NCBI GenBank assembly: GCA_018240685.1
Contig: JAFEFG010000004.1
Span: 10,376-74,375 of the forward strand
DNA: 64,000 nt
Source of the DNA: Pseudomonadota bacterium
GTDB lineage: Bacteria; Pseudomonadota; Alphaproteobacteria; Reyranellales; Reyranellaceae
Direction: 5' to 3'
The position numbers and the translations under genes were made by a program. The notes under the pieces are model-generated. The model had not been told where the DNA came from and searched no databases. It saw only the letters and a program-made list of their open reading frames with translations. Of the stretch, positions 30,403-39,791 are shown one piece after another; positions within the stretch are counted from its first letter, which is position 1, and every line of letters begins with the position of its first letter.

Positions 30403-31439
30403 CAGTCCTGCGGCGGGCGCGGCGCGCCTTCTTCGTAGACACCCTCGATGACGTAGATCGGCCGTCCTTTGACCTCGAGGAAGAGGCGCCCGAGATACTC
30501 GCCGATGATGCCGAGGGAGAGGAGCTGGATCGCGCCCATCAGCAGGACCGCGATCAGAAGCGACGCATAGCCCGGCGTGTCGATGCCGAAGATCAGCACG
30601 CGGGTGACGATGAACAGGGCATAGAGAACGGCGATGGCCGCGATCACCACGCCGACATAGAACCAGGCCCGAAGCGGCACGGTCGAGAAGCTGACGACGC
30701 CGTCGAGCGCGAAATTCCACAGACGCCAGAGGTTGAACTTGGTCGCGCCGGCGACGCGCTGGGGCCGCTCGTAGGGCACGCCGACGGCGTTGAAGCCGAC
30801 CCAGGCGAACAGGCCCTTCATGAAGCGGTTGCGTTCGGGAAGCTGGCGCAGCACCTCGATGGCGCGCCGGTCGACGAGGCGGAAGTCGCCGACATTCTCG
30901 GGGATGCGCACCGGCGACATGGAATTGAACACCCGGTAGAACCAGCCCGCCGACAGGCGCTTGGCGGCCGTGTCCCAGGCGCGCGCCGAGCGCACGCCGT
31001 AGACGATGTCGTAGCCTTCGCGCCAGCGGGCGATGAAGGGCTCGATCAGCTCGGGCGGATCCTGGAGATCGATATCCATGGGGACCAGCACGTCGCCGCG
31101 GGCATGGTCGATGCCGGCGGTGAGCGCGGCCTCCTTGCCGAAGTTGCGCGACAGGTTGACCACGCGGATGCGGCGGTCGCGGGCGCTGCTGTCGAGCAGG
31201 TGCGCGAGGGTGTTGTCGCGCGAGCCGTCGTTCACGAACACGATCTCGAAGCGCAGCCCGTCGCGCTCGAGCAGGGGCACGACGCCGCCGAGGAAGATGT
31301 CGATCGATTCCTCTTCGTTGAAGACCGGCACCACCAGCGACAGGAGCGGGTCGGCCGGCCGCCGCGCTCTCTGCGCGGCGAGCTGGCGTTCCAGCGCACT
31401 CACGGCGGCGGCGGGGACGGGCATGGACTGGTCGGGCAC
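30402..31439 (-). CDS. GT2 glycosyltransferase, GtrB/polyprenyl-phosphate type
   Basis: VVPVFNEE, VNDGSRD, SRNFGKE, DIDLQDPP, two C-terminal TMs. Confidence 0.9.
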   Translation of the reverse strand: MPDQSMPVPAAAVSALERQLAAQRARRPADPLLSLVVPVFNEEESIDIFLGGVVPLLERDGLRFEIVFVNDGSRDNTLAHLLDSSARDRRIRVVNLSRNFGKEAALTAGIDHARGDVLVPMDIDLQDPPELIEPFIARWREGYDIVYGVRSARAWDTAAKRLSAGWFYRVFNSMSPVRIPENVGDFRLVDRRAIEVLRQLPERNRFMKGLFAWVGFNAVGVPYERPQRVAGATKFNLWRLWNFALDGVVSFSTVPLRAWFYVGVVIAAIAVLYALFIVTRVLIFGIDTPGYASLLIAVLLMGAIQLLSLGIIGEYLGRLFLEVKGRPIYVIEGVYEEGAPRPPQD

Positions 31440-31463
31440 ATACCCACTTTACACCAACGGGCT

Positions 31464-31997
31464 TCAGGTCACGACTTCGACCGTTCCGTCGAGCGCCATG
31501 ATCCCCATGTCGACCTTGAGCCCGGGGTAGCGCTGATCGACGTCGGCCTTGAGGGCACGCAGCGCCTCGGTGTGCTTGGCCGTTTCCAGCGCCCGGTCGG
31601 TCCGCAGCGCGTCGCCGTAGGCCACGAAGCTGGCGCCGCAGTCGCGATGGGTGAGAGCCACCACGCGGTTGATGCGGTGGAGCTGGACGGTGATGCCGAG
31701 ATTGTCCCAGAAGGTCTTCTGCCAGGTGGCGAAGGCCGGCGCGACGACGCCGATGGGCCCGCCGGCGATGCTGAACTGGCTGTAATGATCCTTCATGCCG
31801 TTCGCGGCCATATAGACAAAAGAACTGGTCGTGAAGCGCGGATCGATGCAATTCACCAGCATCGCTTCGTAGTTCGGATACTGCGCGAGGGCCGGGAACG
31901 CGGCCGTGATCGCGCCGGCAAAGCCAAGGCCGAGCATGCCGCGTCGCGACAGGCGGGCGGCACAGCCGCAGCCGACGTGATGAACGTGCGCCTTCAT
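31464..31997 (-). CDS. Tat-exported beta-carbonic anhydrase-like protein
   Basis: SRRGMLGLG twin-arginine signal; CIDPR and HRDC Zn-ligand motifs. Confidence 0.75.
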   Translation of the reverse strand: MKAHVHHVGCGCAARLSRRGMLGLGFAGAITAAFPALAQYPNYEAMLVNCIDPRFTTSSFVYMAANGMKDHYSQFSIAGGPIGVVAPAFATWQKTFWDNLGITVQLHRINRVVALTHRDCGASFVAYGDALRTDRALETAKHTEALRALKADVDQRYPGLKVDMGIMALDGTVEVVT

Positions 31998-32842
31998 TTG
32001 AATGTGACCTTTCCTTGTTGGGAAAGACCGCCGCTTGCATTGGCGATCCAGGTTGTTACGGAGCCATCCGCTTCGCGGCGGGCGCCTACGGTGAGGGAGG
32101 TTTCTGCGAATATCGGAGACAACGCGCGGAACTCGAAGCTCGCCGGAACCTTGGCCAAGTTCGAACGTCGTGCCAACTCCAATTGCAGCATACCCAACAG
32201 CGGCCCGTGTACGACGAGGCCCGGATATCCTTCCGTGCCGGTGACATAAGGCTGGTCGTAGTGGATGCGATGGCCGTTGAAGGTGAGAGCGGAGAAGCGG
32301 AACAGCAGGACAGGATCGGCGAAGATGTTCTTCGACCACGTGGCGTCGGTCGGCGCGGGCTTCGCCGCGCGGGGCTTCTCGCCCGGCCCGGGCGCGTCGC
32401 GATAGACGATGTCGTGCTCCTCGACGAAGGCATGGCCGCGCGGGCCGGAGATGGTATGGAGCACGGTGACGAACACCATGTCGCCGCTCGAGCCGGTCTT
32501 GGGTTCGACCGACTTGATCTCCGACTTCCGGACTGCGGTCTCGCCGATCGCAAGCGGCGCGCCGTCGAAGCGGAAGCGGCTGCCGGCCCACATGCGCCGC
32601 GGCAGGGGCACGGGCGGCAGGAAATCCCCACGCTCGGCATGGCCGTCGGGACCGAGCTTCGATTGCGGTGCCGCCTCGAGGAAATAGAGCCAGTGCCAGA
32701 GCGGTGGCAGCGGGTCGCCGGTGCCCGGCGCAGGGTCCTTTTCGTCGAGCGTCGCGATCAGGGCCCGGGCGGGCCAGGGGGCGATCAGATCCTCGGACGA
32801 TTGCGTCCTGCCAACCCAATTCCGCAGCGTTTTCAGCGTCAT
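31994..32842 (-). CDS. Double hot-dog hydratase (HTD2/mesaconyl-CoA hydratase-like, MaoC family)
   Basis: LPPLWHWLYF, RRMWAGS, FSALTFNGHRIHYD, LVVHGPL. Confidence 0.88.
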   Translation of the reverse strand: MTLKTLRNWVGRTQSSEDLIAPWPARALIATLDEKDPAPGTGDPLPPLWHWLYFLEAAPQSKLGPDGHAERGDFLPPVPLPRRMWAGSRFRFDGAPLAIGETAVRKSEIKSVEPKTGSSGDMVFVTVLHTISGPRGHAFVEEHDIVYRDAPGPGEKPRAAKPAPTDATWSKNIFADPVLLFRFSALTFNGHRIHYDQPYVTGTEGYPGLVVHGPLLGMLQLELARRSNLAKVPASFEFRALSPIFAETSLTVGARREADGSVTTWIANASGGLSQQGKVTFK

Positions 32843-32952
32843 GTGCCGTTTTCCTCCGTAGGGGCCGGACTTTGGCACTGCCAACACGGGGTGGAAAGCC
32901 TCGCCGCCCATGGCTATAACCCGGCGCAAATCGGGCTGATGGAGCAGCGGAC

Positions 32953-33282
32953 ATGACGACCTTCGACGGACGGGAAAAGGCTTTCGAGCAGGGCTTCACG
33001 CACGATCAGGAGCTGCAATTCAAGGCGCGGGCGCGGAAGAACAAGCTGCTCGGCCTGTGGGCCGCCGGCCTGATGGGCAAGACCGGAGCGGACGCCGAGA
33101 ACTATGCTCGGGACATCGTCATGGCCGACTTCGAGAAGCCCGGCGACCACGACGTGATCCACACGCTGCTGCACGACCTCACGGCGGCCGGCAAGCCGAT
33201 CGAGGAGCACACGATCCGCCGCCAGGGCGAACGCTTCCTGACCGAAGCGATGAATCAGCTCAGGACCGAAGTGAAGCGCTGA
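32953..33282 (+). CDS. DUF1476 (ATPase inhibitor zeta-like) protein
   Basis: MTTFDGREKAFE, FKARARKNKLLGLWAA. Confidence 0.9.
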   Translation: MTTFDGREKAFEQGFTHDQELQFKARARKNKLLGLWAAGLMGKTGADAENYARDIVMADFEKPGDHDVIHTLLHDLTAAGKPIEEHTIRRQGERFLTEAMNQLRTEVKR

Positions 33283-33333
33283 GGCGCGGACTGGTGCGCA
33301 GGGGCGGGCCGCTGGTCCCGCCGCGGGGGCGCT

Positions 33334-34743
33334 CTACTTCTTCGCAAGCAGGCCGGCGAGGCCTGTGTAGGTCTCGGGTCGAAGTGCCTTGAGGCGGGTC
33401 TTCGTCTCCGGGCCGACATCGAGGCCGTCGATGAAGACGGCGAAGTCTTCCATCGTGACCTGTTTGCCGCGCGTGAGCGCCTTCAGCTTCTCGTACGGCA
33501 TCTCGACTTCGGCCACGCGAAGGACGGTCTGAATCGCTTCGGCGAGGACTTCCGGGTGCGTCGTGAGCGCCTCGCGAAGGGCCGGTCCGTTCACGCTTAT
33601 CTTGCTGAAGCCGCGCAGGAGCGCGTGATAGCCGATGAGCGAATGCGCGAAGGCAGTGCCGAAGGTACGCGCCACGGTGGAGTCCGAGAGATCGCGCTGC
33701 AGACGTGAGACCGGCAGCTTTCTCGACAGATGCTCGAACAGCGCATTGGCGATGCCGAAGTTGCCTTCGGCGTTCTCGAAATCGATCGGGTTCACCTTGT
33801 GCGGCATGGCCGACGAACCGATCTCGCCTTCCTTCGGCTTCTGCGTGACCCACCCGTCCGAGATGTACCGCCACATGTCCTGCGACAGATCGAGAAGGAT
33901 CGTGTTGATGCGGCGGAGATTGTCGAACATCTCCGCGAAGGTGTCGTGCGGCTCGATCTGGGTCGTTACCTCGTTGAGCGCGAGGCGCACGAAATCGGCT
34001 TTGCCGGCGCCTTCCGCGTTCAGCCGGTCCGCGAAGGAACGTGCAAAGGCGAGCCAGTCGACCTGCGGAAGGGCCACCGTCTGGGCGTTGTAGTTGCCCG
34101 ACGGTCCGCCCCATTTCATGAGGACGGAGCTGCTCTTCAGAGTGCCGACCTGCCTCTCGAGACGGGTGGCGAAGACGTTCATCTCCTTGCCGAAGGTCGT
34201 CGGTGTCGCGCTCTGGCCATGGGTGCGGGCGAGCATGGCCGTGTCGGCATGCGCCCGGGCAAGGCCGGCGATCTCGTCGTGGACCTTCCGCAGGGACGGC
34301 AGCATCACCGTTTCCAGCGCTCCGCGAAGGGCGAGGGCATGCGCGGTGCTGTTCACATCCTCCGAGGTGAGCGCGAAATGGACCCACTCGAGCACGTCGG
34401 CAAGGCTCGAGCCCTTGAGCTTGAGCTTGATGAAGTACTCGACCGCCTTCACGTCGTGGTTCGTGGCGGGGACGTCGCCGTAGCCTTCGCGCTCGAATTT
34501 CTTGATGATCTGGGCATCTTCGAGCGAAATCTGCGGCAGCGCGCGAAGCATCGACTTCTCGTCCGCGGTCAGCGGGCGCATGCCGACGCCCTTCGTCTCC
34601 GATAGCGCCGCGAGATATTCACACTCCACGATGACGCGCATCTTCATGAGCGCGTATTCGCTGAAATATTCGGCCAGCGGCTCGGCGGTGGAACGATAAC
34701 GGCCGTCGACGGGGCTTATGGCGGTGAGCGTCTCGAGATGCAT
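33334..34743 (-). CDS. purB: Adenylosuccinate lyase, E. coli-type
   Basis: LTAISPVDGRY, TNHDVKAVEY, RTHGQ, GSSAMPHKVNPIDFEN, SRLQRDLSDS. Confidence 0.95.
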   Translation of the reverse strand: MHLETLTAISPVDGRYRSTAEPLAEYFSEYALMKMRVIVECEYLAALSETKGVGMRPLTADEKSMLRALPQISLEDAQIIKKFEREGYGDVPATNHDVKAVEYFIKLKLKGSSLADVLEWVHFALTSEDVNSTAHALALRGALETVMLPSLRKVHDEIAGLARAHADTAMLARTHGQSATPTTFGKEMNVFATRLERQVGTLKSSSVLMKWGGPSGNYNAQTVALPQVDWLAFARSFADRLNAEGAGKADFVRLALNEVTTQIEPHDTFAEMFDNLRRINTILLDLSQDMWRYISDGWVTQKPKEGEIGSSAMPHKVNPIDFENAEGNFGIANALFEHLSRKLPVSRLQRDLSDSTVARTFGTAFAHSLIGYHALLRGFSKISVNGPALREALTTHPEVLAEAIQTVLRVAEVEMPYEKLKALTRGKQVTMEDFAVFIDGLDVGPETKTRLKALRPETYTGLAGLLAKK

Positions 34744-34901
34744 CGTCGTCAACTATTGCTGTGAACTTGCCCTGGCAACGCACCAGATGCGGAAGGTTGG
34801 CGGAGGCCCGGATGGCCGCGATCCGCAGCCAAGAGGAGCCCGGATCATAGGCGCGCTTTTAGCCCCGATAGCCGGGCGGCGCCATGTTAGAAGTGCCCGC
34901 C

Positions 34902-35711
34902 ATGACCCCCCTGGCTTCCTGCCCCGAGCCGACGCTGGCTGCTGTTCGCGGCGTCTTCACCGATATCGACGAGACCCTGTCCACCCATGGGCGGCTGACG
35001 GCCACCGCCTACGCTGCTCTCGAGAGCCTGAAGGCGGCGGGCCTTCTCGTCGTTCCCGTGACCGGCAGGCCGGCAGGATGGTGCGATCACATCGCCCGTT
35101 TCTGGCCCGTCGATGCGGTCGTGGGCGAGAACGGCGCCTTCTGGATGTGGCACGATGCCCAGGCCGGCAGGCTGCGCACCCGCTTCGTCCAGTCCGAGGC
35201 GGAACGTGCGGAGGGGCGGCGGCGGCTCGAGGCGGTGCGCGCGGAGGTACTGCGCGAGATCGATGGGGCGGGAATCGCCTCCGATCAGCCGTACCGCGTC
35301 GCCGACCTGGCCATCGATTTCTGCGAGGACGTTCCGGCCCTGTCGCGCGGCGACATCGGGCGCATCGTGGCGATCTTCGAGAGGCACGGAGCCCACGCCA
35401 AGGTGAGCTCGATCCACGTCAACGGCTGGTTCGGGGACTACGACAAGCTCACCACCAGCAAGGCCATGATGGCGGAGCTGTTCGGCATCGATCTGGCCGC
35501 CGAGGCCACGCGGTTCGTGTTTTCGGGGGATTCCCCCAACGACGCCCCCATGTTCGGGTTTTTTCCAAATGCCGTCGGCGTCGCCAACGTGCGCGACTTT
35601 GCCGACGCGATGCCGCATCTGCCGCGCTGGGTGACCGTCGCGCGCTCGGGCGCGGGGTTCGTCGAGCTTGCCGAAGCCCTTGTCAGGGCAAGGCGACGCC
35701 CGTCATCGTGA
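34902..35711 (+). CDS. HAD-IIB family phosphatase
   Basis: FTDIDETL, VTGR, SSIHVN, GDSPND. Confidence 0.88.
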   Translation: MTPLASCPEPTLAAVRGVFTDIDETLSTHGRLTATAYAALESLKAAGLLVVPVTGRPAGWCDHIARFWPVDAVVGENGAFWMWHDAQAGRLRTRFVQSEAERAEGRRRLEAVRAEVLREIDGAGIASDQPYRVADLAIDFCEDVPALSRGDIGRIVAIFERHGAHAKVSSIHVNGWFGDYDKLTTSKAMMAELFGIDLAAEATRFVFSGDSPNDAPMFGFFPNAVGVANVRDFADAMPHLPRWVTVARSGAGFVELAEALVRARRRPSS

Positions 35712-35744
35712 CGGCCGTCGGCGGAGCATGAGGAGGGGAGAGCA

Positions 35745-36374
35745 GTGGCAACGGCCTTCAGCAGCAATTTCCTGTACGAGTTCGTCACGCTCTTCGTGAT
35801 TCTCGACCCCGTCGCGACGGTTCCGATCTTCCTGTTCGTCACTGCCGGCCTGCCCCGGCGGCAGGGGCTTCTGGTCGCCGCTTACGCCCTCGTCGTCGCC
35901 TTCCTCGTCCTGCTGTTCTTCATCGCCGCCGGACGGCCTCTGCTCGAAGCCCTGAAGATCCCCATGGCGTCGTTCCAGCTCGCCGGTTCGATCATCCTGC
36001 TGCTGTTCGGCATCAACATGGTCCTGGGCAAGGTCACGAAGGAAGTCGCGAGCCTGCCGTCCGACGCCAGCCTGTTCGAGCGGGCCATCTACCCGCTGGC
36101 CATTCCCGGCATCGCCGGGGCCGGCGCGATCCTCACGGTGGTGCTGCTTACGGACAACAAGGCCCGCACCTTCACCGAACAGGCGCAGACGACCGGCGTC
36201 CTGGCGCTGTGCCTGGCGGGCTTCTTCGTCCTGTTCGCCGTGTCCGGCCTCATCTTCCGCCTGCTCGGCCGGTCCGGCGTCGAGATCGTCAGCCGGGTGT
36301 TCGGCCTCATCCTCGCGAGCATCGCGGTCAACGGCCTGGTCATCGCCCTCAAGCTCAGTTTCCTGTCTCCCTAG
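35745..36374 (+). CDS. MarC family membrane protein
   Basis: LFVILDP, FQLAGSI, YPLAIPGIAGAGA. Confidence 0.9.
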   Translation: MATAFSSNFLYEFVTLFVILDPVATVPIFLFVTAGLPRRQGLLVAAYALVVAFLVLLFFIAAGRPLLEALKIPMASFQLAGSIILLLFGINMVLGKVTKEVASLPSDASLFERAIYPLAIPGIAGAGAILTVVLLTDNKARTFTEQAQTTGVLALCLAGFFVLFAVSGLIFRLLGRSGVEIVSRVFGLILASIAVNGLVIALKLSFLSP

Positions 36375-36993
36375 GACGGGGCGGCGCGACTGCCAGGGCG
36401 CCGAAATGCACGATGCTGTCGGATTGGCTCCAGACGCCGACGGCGCCCGGGACGGGAAGGCTGCTGTCGCTGGCCTTGAAGAGCTCGATCTTGTCGAGCG
36501 AGACGCGAAAGTCGTTGCGGACCAGGACGACCCGGAGTTCGTGCCATCGTCCTGTGGAGATCGGCGTCTCCTTGGCCGCGAGCTGCGCGCGCCGGCCGCC
36601 CTGCATGCGGTAGAGGCGCACCGAGCCGTCGAGGGCGTTGGCGGCGACCACATAGTAGTCGTTCGCATTCTGGGCGCGGAGCACGAGCCCGGCCGTGCGC
36701 GCAACGGTGCCGGAGATCGGCTTGAACCGCAGCGTGGCGTCGATGTCGAGTGCCACCGTCTGCGTGGAGATGCAGAGCGGGAAGTGCAGGTCGGTCGTGT
36801 CGCCGGTCGTCTCCGCGATCGCCCAGCCGCCCAGTGCGTCGGGATCGGCGATCGCCCTCCAGGCCTGGGGGCGTCCGATGCCCGTCAAGCCCTGGACACA
36901 GGCGACGCGACCGTCGATGGCCAGGGGCGCCACCAGCTGGGCAAAGGCCGGGCTGGTCAGCAGGAGAACCGCGAGGAAGGCGAACAGACGCAT
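36355..36993 (-). CDS. Secreted LamG/DUF1080-like beta-jelly-roll protein
   Basis: Signal peptide; AGLVLR, DYYVV, WHELRV, GAVGVWS pattern. Confidence 0.7.
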   Translation of the reverse strand: MRLFAFLAVLLLTSPAFAQLVAPLAIDGRVACVQGLTGIGRPQAWRAIADPDALGGWAIAETTGDTTDLHFPLCISTQTVALDIDATLRFKPISGTVARTAGLVLRAQNANDYYVVAANALDGSVRLYRMQGGRRAQLAAKETPISTGRWHELRVVLVRNDFRVSLDKIELFKASDSSLPVPGAVGVWSQSDSIVHFGALAVAPPRPRETGN

Positions 36994-37092
36994 GCCCGGA
37001 GCCTAGCAAACCGCGTCCTGCTTGACCGCATGGGGCGGACAGAGGAGTTTACGCCACATTCGAGATTCGAGAACCTGAGAGGGGGAGAAGCA

Positions 37093-37965
37093 ATGCGTCT
37101 GTGCACCATCCTGAGCGGCGGCAAGCCTACAGTCGGCGTGAAACTGGGTGACGGCAAGATCGTCGACCTCAGCAAGCAGATGCCGCGCGGGCCGAAGTCG
37201 GTGGTCGAGATCCTGGCCGGCGGCAAGAAGGTGCAGCAGGCGGTGCTCAAGGTCTGTGCCAAGCCCAAGGCCGGCGCCGCCGTGTCGGAGAAGTCGGCGA
37301 AGTATCTCCCGCCGGTCCCCGCTCCGGGCAAGATCCTGTGCATCGGTCTGAACTATCGCAAGCATGCCGAGGAGACCGGCAATCCGATCCCGCCGTATCC
37401 CGTCGTGTTCTGCCGTTTCAACAACACGCTCACGCCGCACAAGGGCAAGATGCCGGTGCCCAGCCACTCGCGCCAGCTCGACTGGGAGGCCGAGCTGACG
37501 GTGGTGATCGGCAAGAAGTGCCGCAACGTGCCGAAGGAGAAGGCGCTCTCGGTGATCGGCGGCTATGCCTGCTTCAACGACGGTTCGGTCCGCGACTGGC
37601 AGTTCAAGTCGGGCGGGCAGTTCACGCTGGGCAAGAATTTCGACGGTACCGGCGGCTTCGGTCCGGACATCGTCACGCCGGACGAACTGCCGCCGGGCGG
37701 CGCGCCGCTGCGCATCATGACCCGCGTCAACGGCAAGGTCATGCAGGACAGCAACACCGACGACCTCATCTTCGACGTGCCGACGCTGGTGCACGAGCTG
37801 TCGAAGGTGATGACGCTCGAACCCGGCGACATCATCATCACCGGCACGCCGTCCGGCGTGGCGGCGGCGCGCAAGCCTCAGCCCTGGCTGAAGGCCGGCG
37901 ACGTGTGCGAGGTCGAGATCGAGAAGATCGGCGTTCTCAGCAACACGGTCGTGAAGGGCGCCTAG
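37093..37965 (+). CDS. Fumarylacetoacetate hydrolase family protein
   Basis: CIGLNYRKH, LDWEAEL, NDGSVRDWQ, GKNFD, TGTPSGV. Confidence 0.92.
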   Translation: MRLCTILSGGKPTVGVKLGDGKIVDLSKQMPRGPKSVVEILAGGKKVQQAVLKVCAKPKAGAAVSEKSAKYLPPVPAPGKILCIGLNYRKHAEETGNPIPPYPVVFCRFNNTLTPHKGKMPVPSHSRQLDWEAELTVVIGKKCRNVPKEKALSVIGGYACFNDGSVRDWQFKSGGQFTLGKNFDGTGGFGPDIVTPDELPPGGAPLRIMTRVNGKVMQDSNTDDLIFDVPTLVHELSKVMTLEPGDIIITGTPSGVAAARKPQPWLKAGDVCEVEIEKIGVLSNTVVKGA

Positions 37966-37974
37966 TCGGCGCTC

Positions 37975-38625
37975 TCACGAGGATGGGTGGCGTCTCGGCA
38001 GGTTGCCGAGGCCGCCCATCATCAGCCGCGTCGCGAACTCGACGGCTTCGGCGGGATTGACGGGATCGCGCGAGACCATGACGACCGAGATCTCGAAGAC
38101 GACGCCCGCGAGCGCGGCGACGAGCAGCTGAATATCGACATCCGGCAGGATGCCGTGGGCGATCGCCGCGCCGACATCGTCATGGAGCTGCCGCGCCATG
38201 CCCTGCAGCTCGGGCTTCTCCATCAGCATGCGGATGGGCGTGACGTTCTGACGGCCGAAGGCGAGGATCTCCGGATCTTCGGCGACGAAGTTCATGTAGA
38301 CGGAAATGTGGTTGCGGAAGAATTCCTCGGCCGTGCGCGCCTTGGCGCGGCCCTCGCGGTGTCGCCTGAGAAGCTCCACGGTCATCTCGGCGACGACCGC
38401 CGCGAAGATTTCGTCCTTGTCCTTGAAGTAGTTGTAGAACGTGCCCGAGGCCAGATCGGTGCGCCTGACGATGTCGCGCACGCCGGCCGCTCCATAACCT
38501 ATTTCGGCAAAGACGGAGCGAGCCGCCTTCAGGAGTGCAGCCCTGTTCTCCGCCTTGTTCTGCTCGCGTCGGCCCGATCGCTCTCGCGTCGCCCGCATCG
38601 GTGGCGCTTCGTCGCCCATGGTCAA
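37975..38625 (-). CDS. TetR family regulator
   Basis: GYGAAGVRDIVRRTDLASGTFYNYFKDK HTH. Confidence 0.9.
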   Translation of the reverse strand: MTMGDEAPPMRATRERSGRREQNKAENRAALLKAARSVFAEIGYGAAGVRDIVRRTDLASGTFYNYFKDKDEIFAAVVAEMTVELLRRHREGRAKARTAEEFFRNHISVYMNFVAEDPEILAFGRQNVTPIRMLMEKPELQGMARQLHDDVGAAIAHGILPDVDIQLLVAALAGVVFEISVVMVSRDPVNPAEAVEFATRLMMGGLGNLPRRHPSS

Positions 38626-39698
38626 TGTCCCAGTCGTGCCAGTTCGTGGCGCAGCCCGGCCACCATATCGTCCATTGCGCGCGCCGCCGCCGGCAATGCG
38701 CCGCGCATGCAGAGAAATCCGTGGATCAGGGAATCGAACTCGCGATGGACGGTTTTGACCCCCGCTTCCGTCAGGCGCTCGGCATAGGCGAGACCTTCAT
38801 CGCGCAGGGAGTCGAAACCGGCGGTGAAGATCAGGGCGGGCGGCAGCCCCGACAGGTCGTGGGCCCGGATCGGCGAGACCCGCGGGTCCGACAGCTGGCC
38901 GAGCCCGTCGAGGTAGAGGGACCGGAACCATTCCAGATCGGATCGCGTGAGCAGGAAATGCTCGCCGCAGCTGATGTGCGAGGGGCGCTCCTGCTCGAGA
39001 TCGGTTGCCGGATAGATGAGCCATTGCAGGCAGGGGGCCTGCGGCGCGTGCCGCGTCTCCTGCGCGACGACGGCGGCGATGGTGCCTCCCGCGGATTCGC
39101 CGGCCAGGACGATGCGCGCCGGATCGAGGCCGAGGTTCGGACCTTCCTCCGCCAGCCAGCGGAACGCGGCCAGGCCGTCCTCGATGGCGGCTGGGAACTT
39201 GTGCTCCGGCGCCAGGCGATAGTCGACGGCAAGCACCGCACAGCCCGAGCGTGCACAGAAATACCGGCACGGCAGGTCGTAGCCTTCGAGGCTGCCGAGA
39301 ACGAAGCCGCCGCCGTGAAAGAACAGGATGGTGGGGAGGAGGCGGGCCACCGAGCCGGCCGGACGGTACAGGCGCACGCGCATGGGTCTCGCCTCTCCGG
39401 AACCCGCCGGCCCGGGGATAGTGCGGTCGACGATCTCGCCAACCGGCGCCGGCCGCCCTCCCATCACCGCCATGAACATGTCGACCTCGGTGCGGGCCTT
39501 CGCCACACCGAGCATGCTGAGCGGCTGCTGACCGCTCAGCGCCAGCAGCTTCAGGAACCATTGGGTCCGGCTGTCGAGCGTGCGTCCGTCCACGACGACT
39601 GGCGGGCCGGCCGCGAGATGAACCCAGGAGATCGGCATGCGCAGGGCGATATTTGCGGCGCGCCCCTGTAATCGGCGCGCGATCTCCTTGAGCTGCAT
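38622..39698 (-). CDS. HSL-family alpha/beta hydrolase (esterase/lipase)
   Basis: HGGG, GESAG nucleophile, GFDSLRDE, HGF. Confidence 0.9.
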   Translation of the reverse strand: MQLKEIARRLQGRAANIALRMPISWVHLAAGPPVVVDGRTLDSRTQWFLKLLALSGQQPLSMLGVAKARTEVDMFMAVMGGRPAPVGEIVDRTIPGPAGSGEARPMRVRLYRPAGSVARLLPTILFFHGGGFVLGSLEGYDLPCRYFCARSGCAVLAVDYRLAPEHKFPAAIEDGLAAFRWLAEEGPNLGLDPARIVLAGESAGGTIAAVVAQETRHAPQAPCLQWLIYPATDLEQERPSHISCGEHFLLTRSDLEWFRSLYLDGLGQLSDPRVSPIRAHDLSGLPPALIFTAGFDSLRDEGLAYAERLTEAGVKTVHREFDSLIHGFLCMRGALPAAARAMDDMVAGLRHELARLGH

Positions 39699-39791
39699 AT
39701 GCGTCTCCTACCACGTCTCCTTCCGGGCGGGCAGGGGGCAAGACTGCGCGTCTCGACGGCCGGGCCGGTCGTGGGTAGCGTGCGGCCCGTC

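Noticed and set aside
34744-34900. Purine-related riboswitch upstream of purB
   Set aside because: No match by eye to ZTP, purine or ykkC-type consensus; an Infernal scan would settle it.
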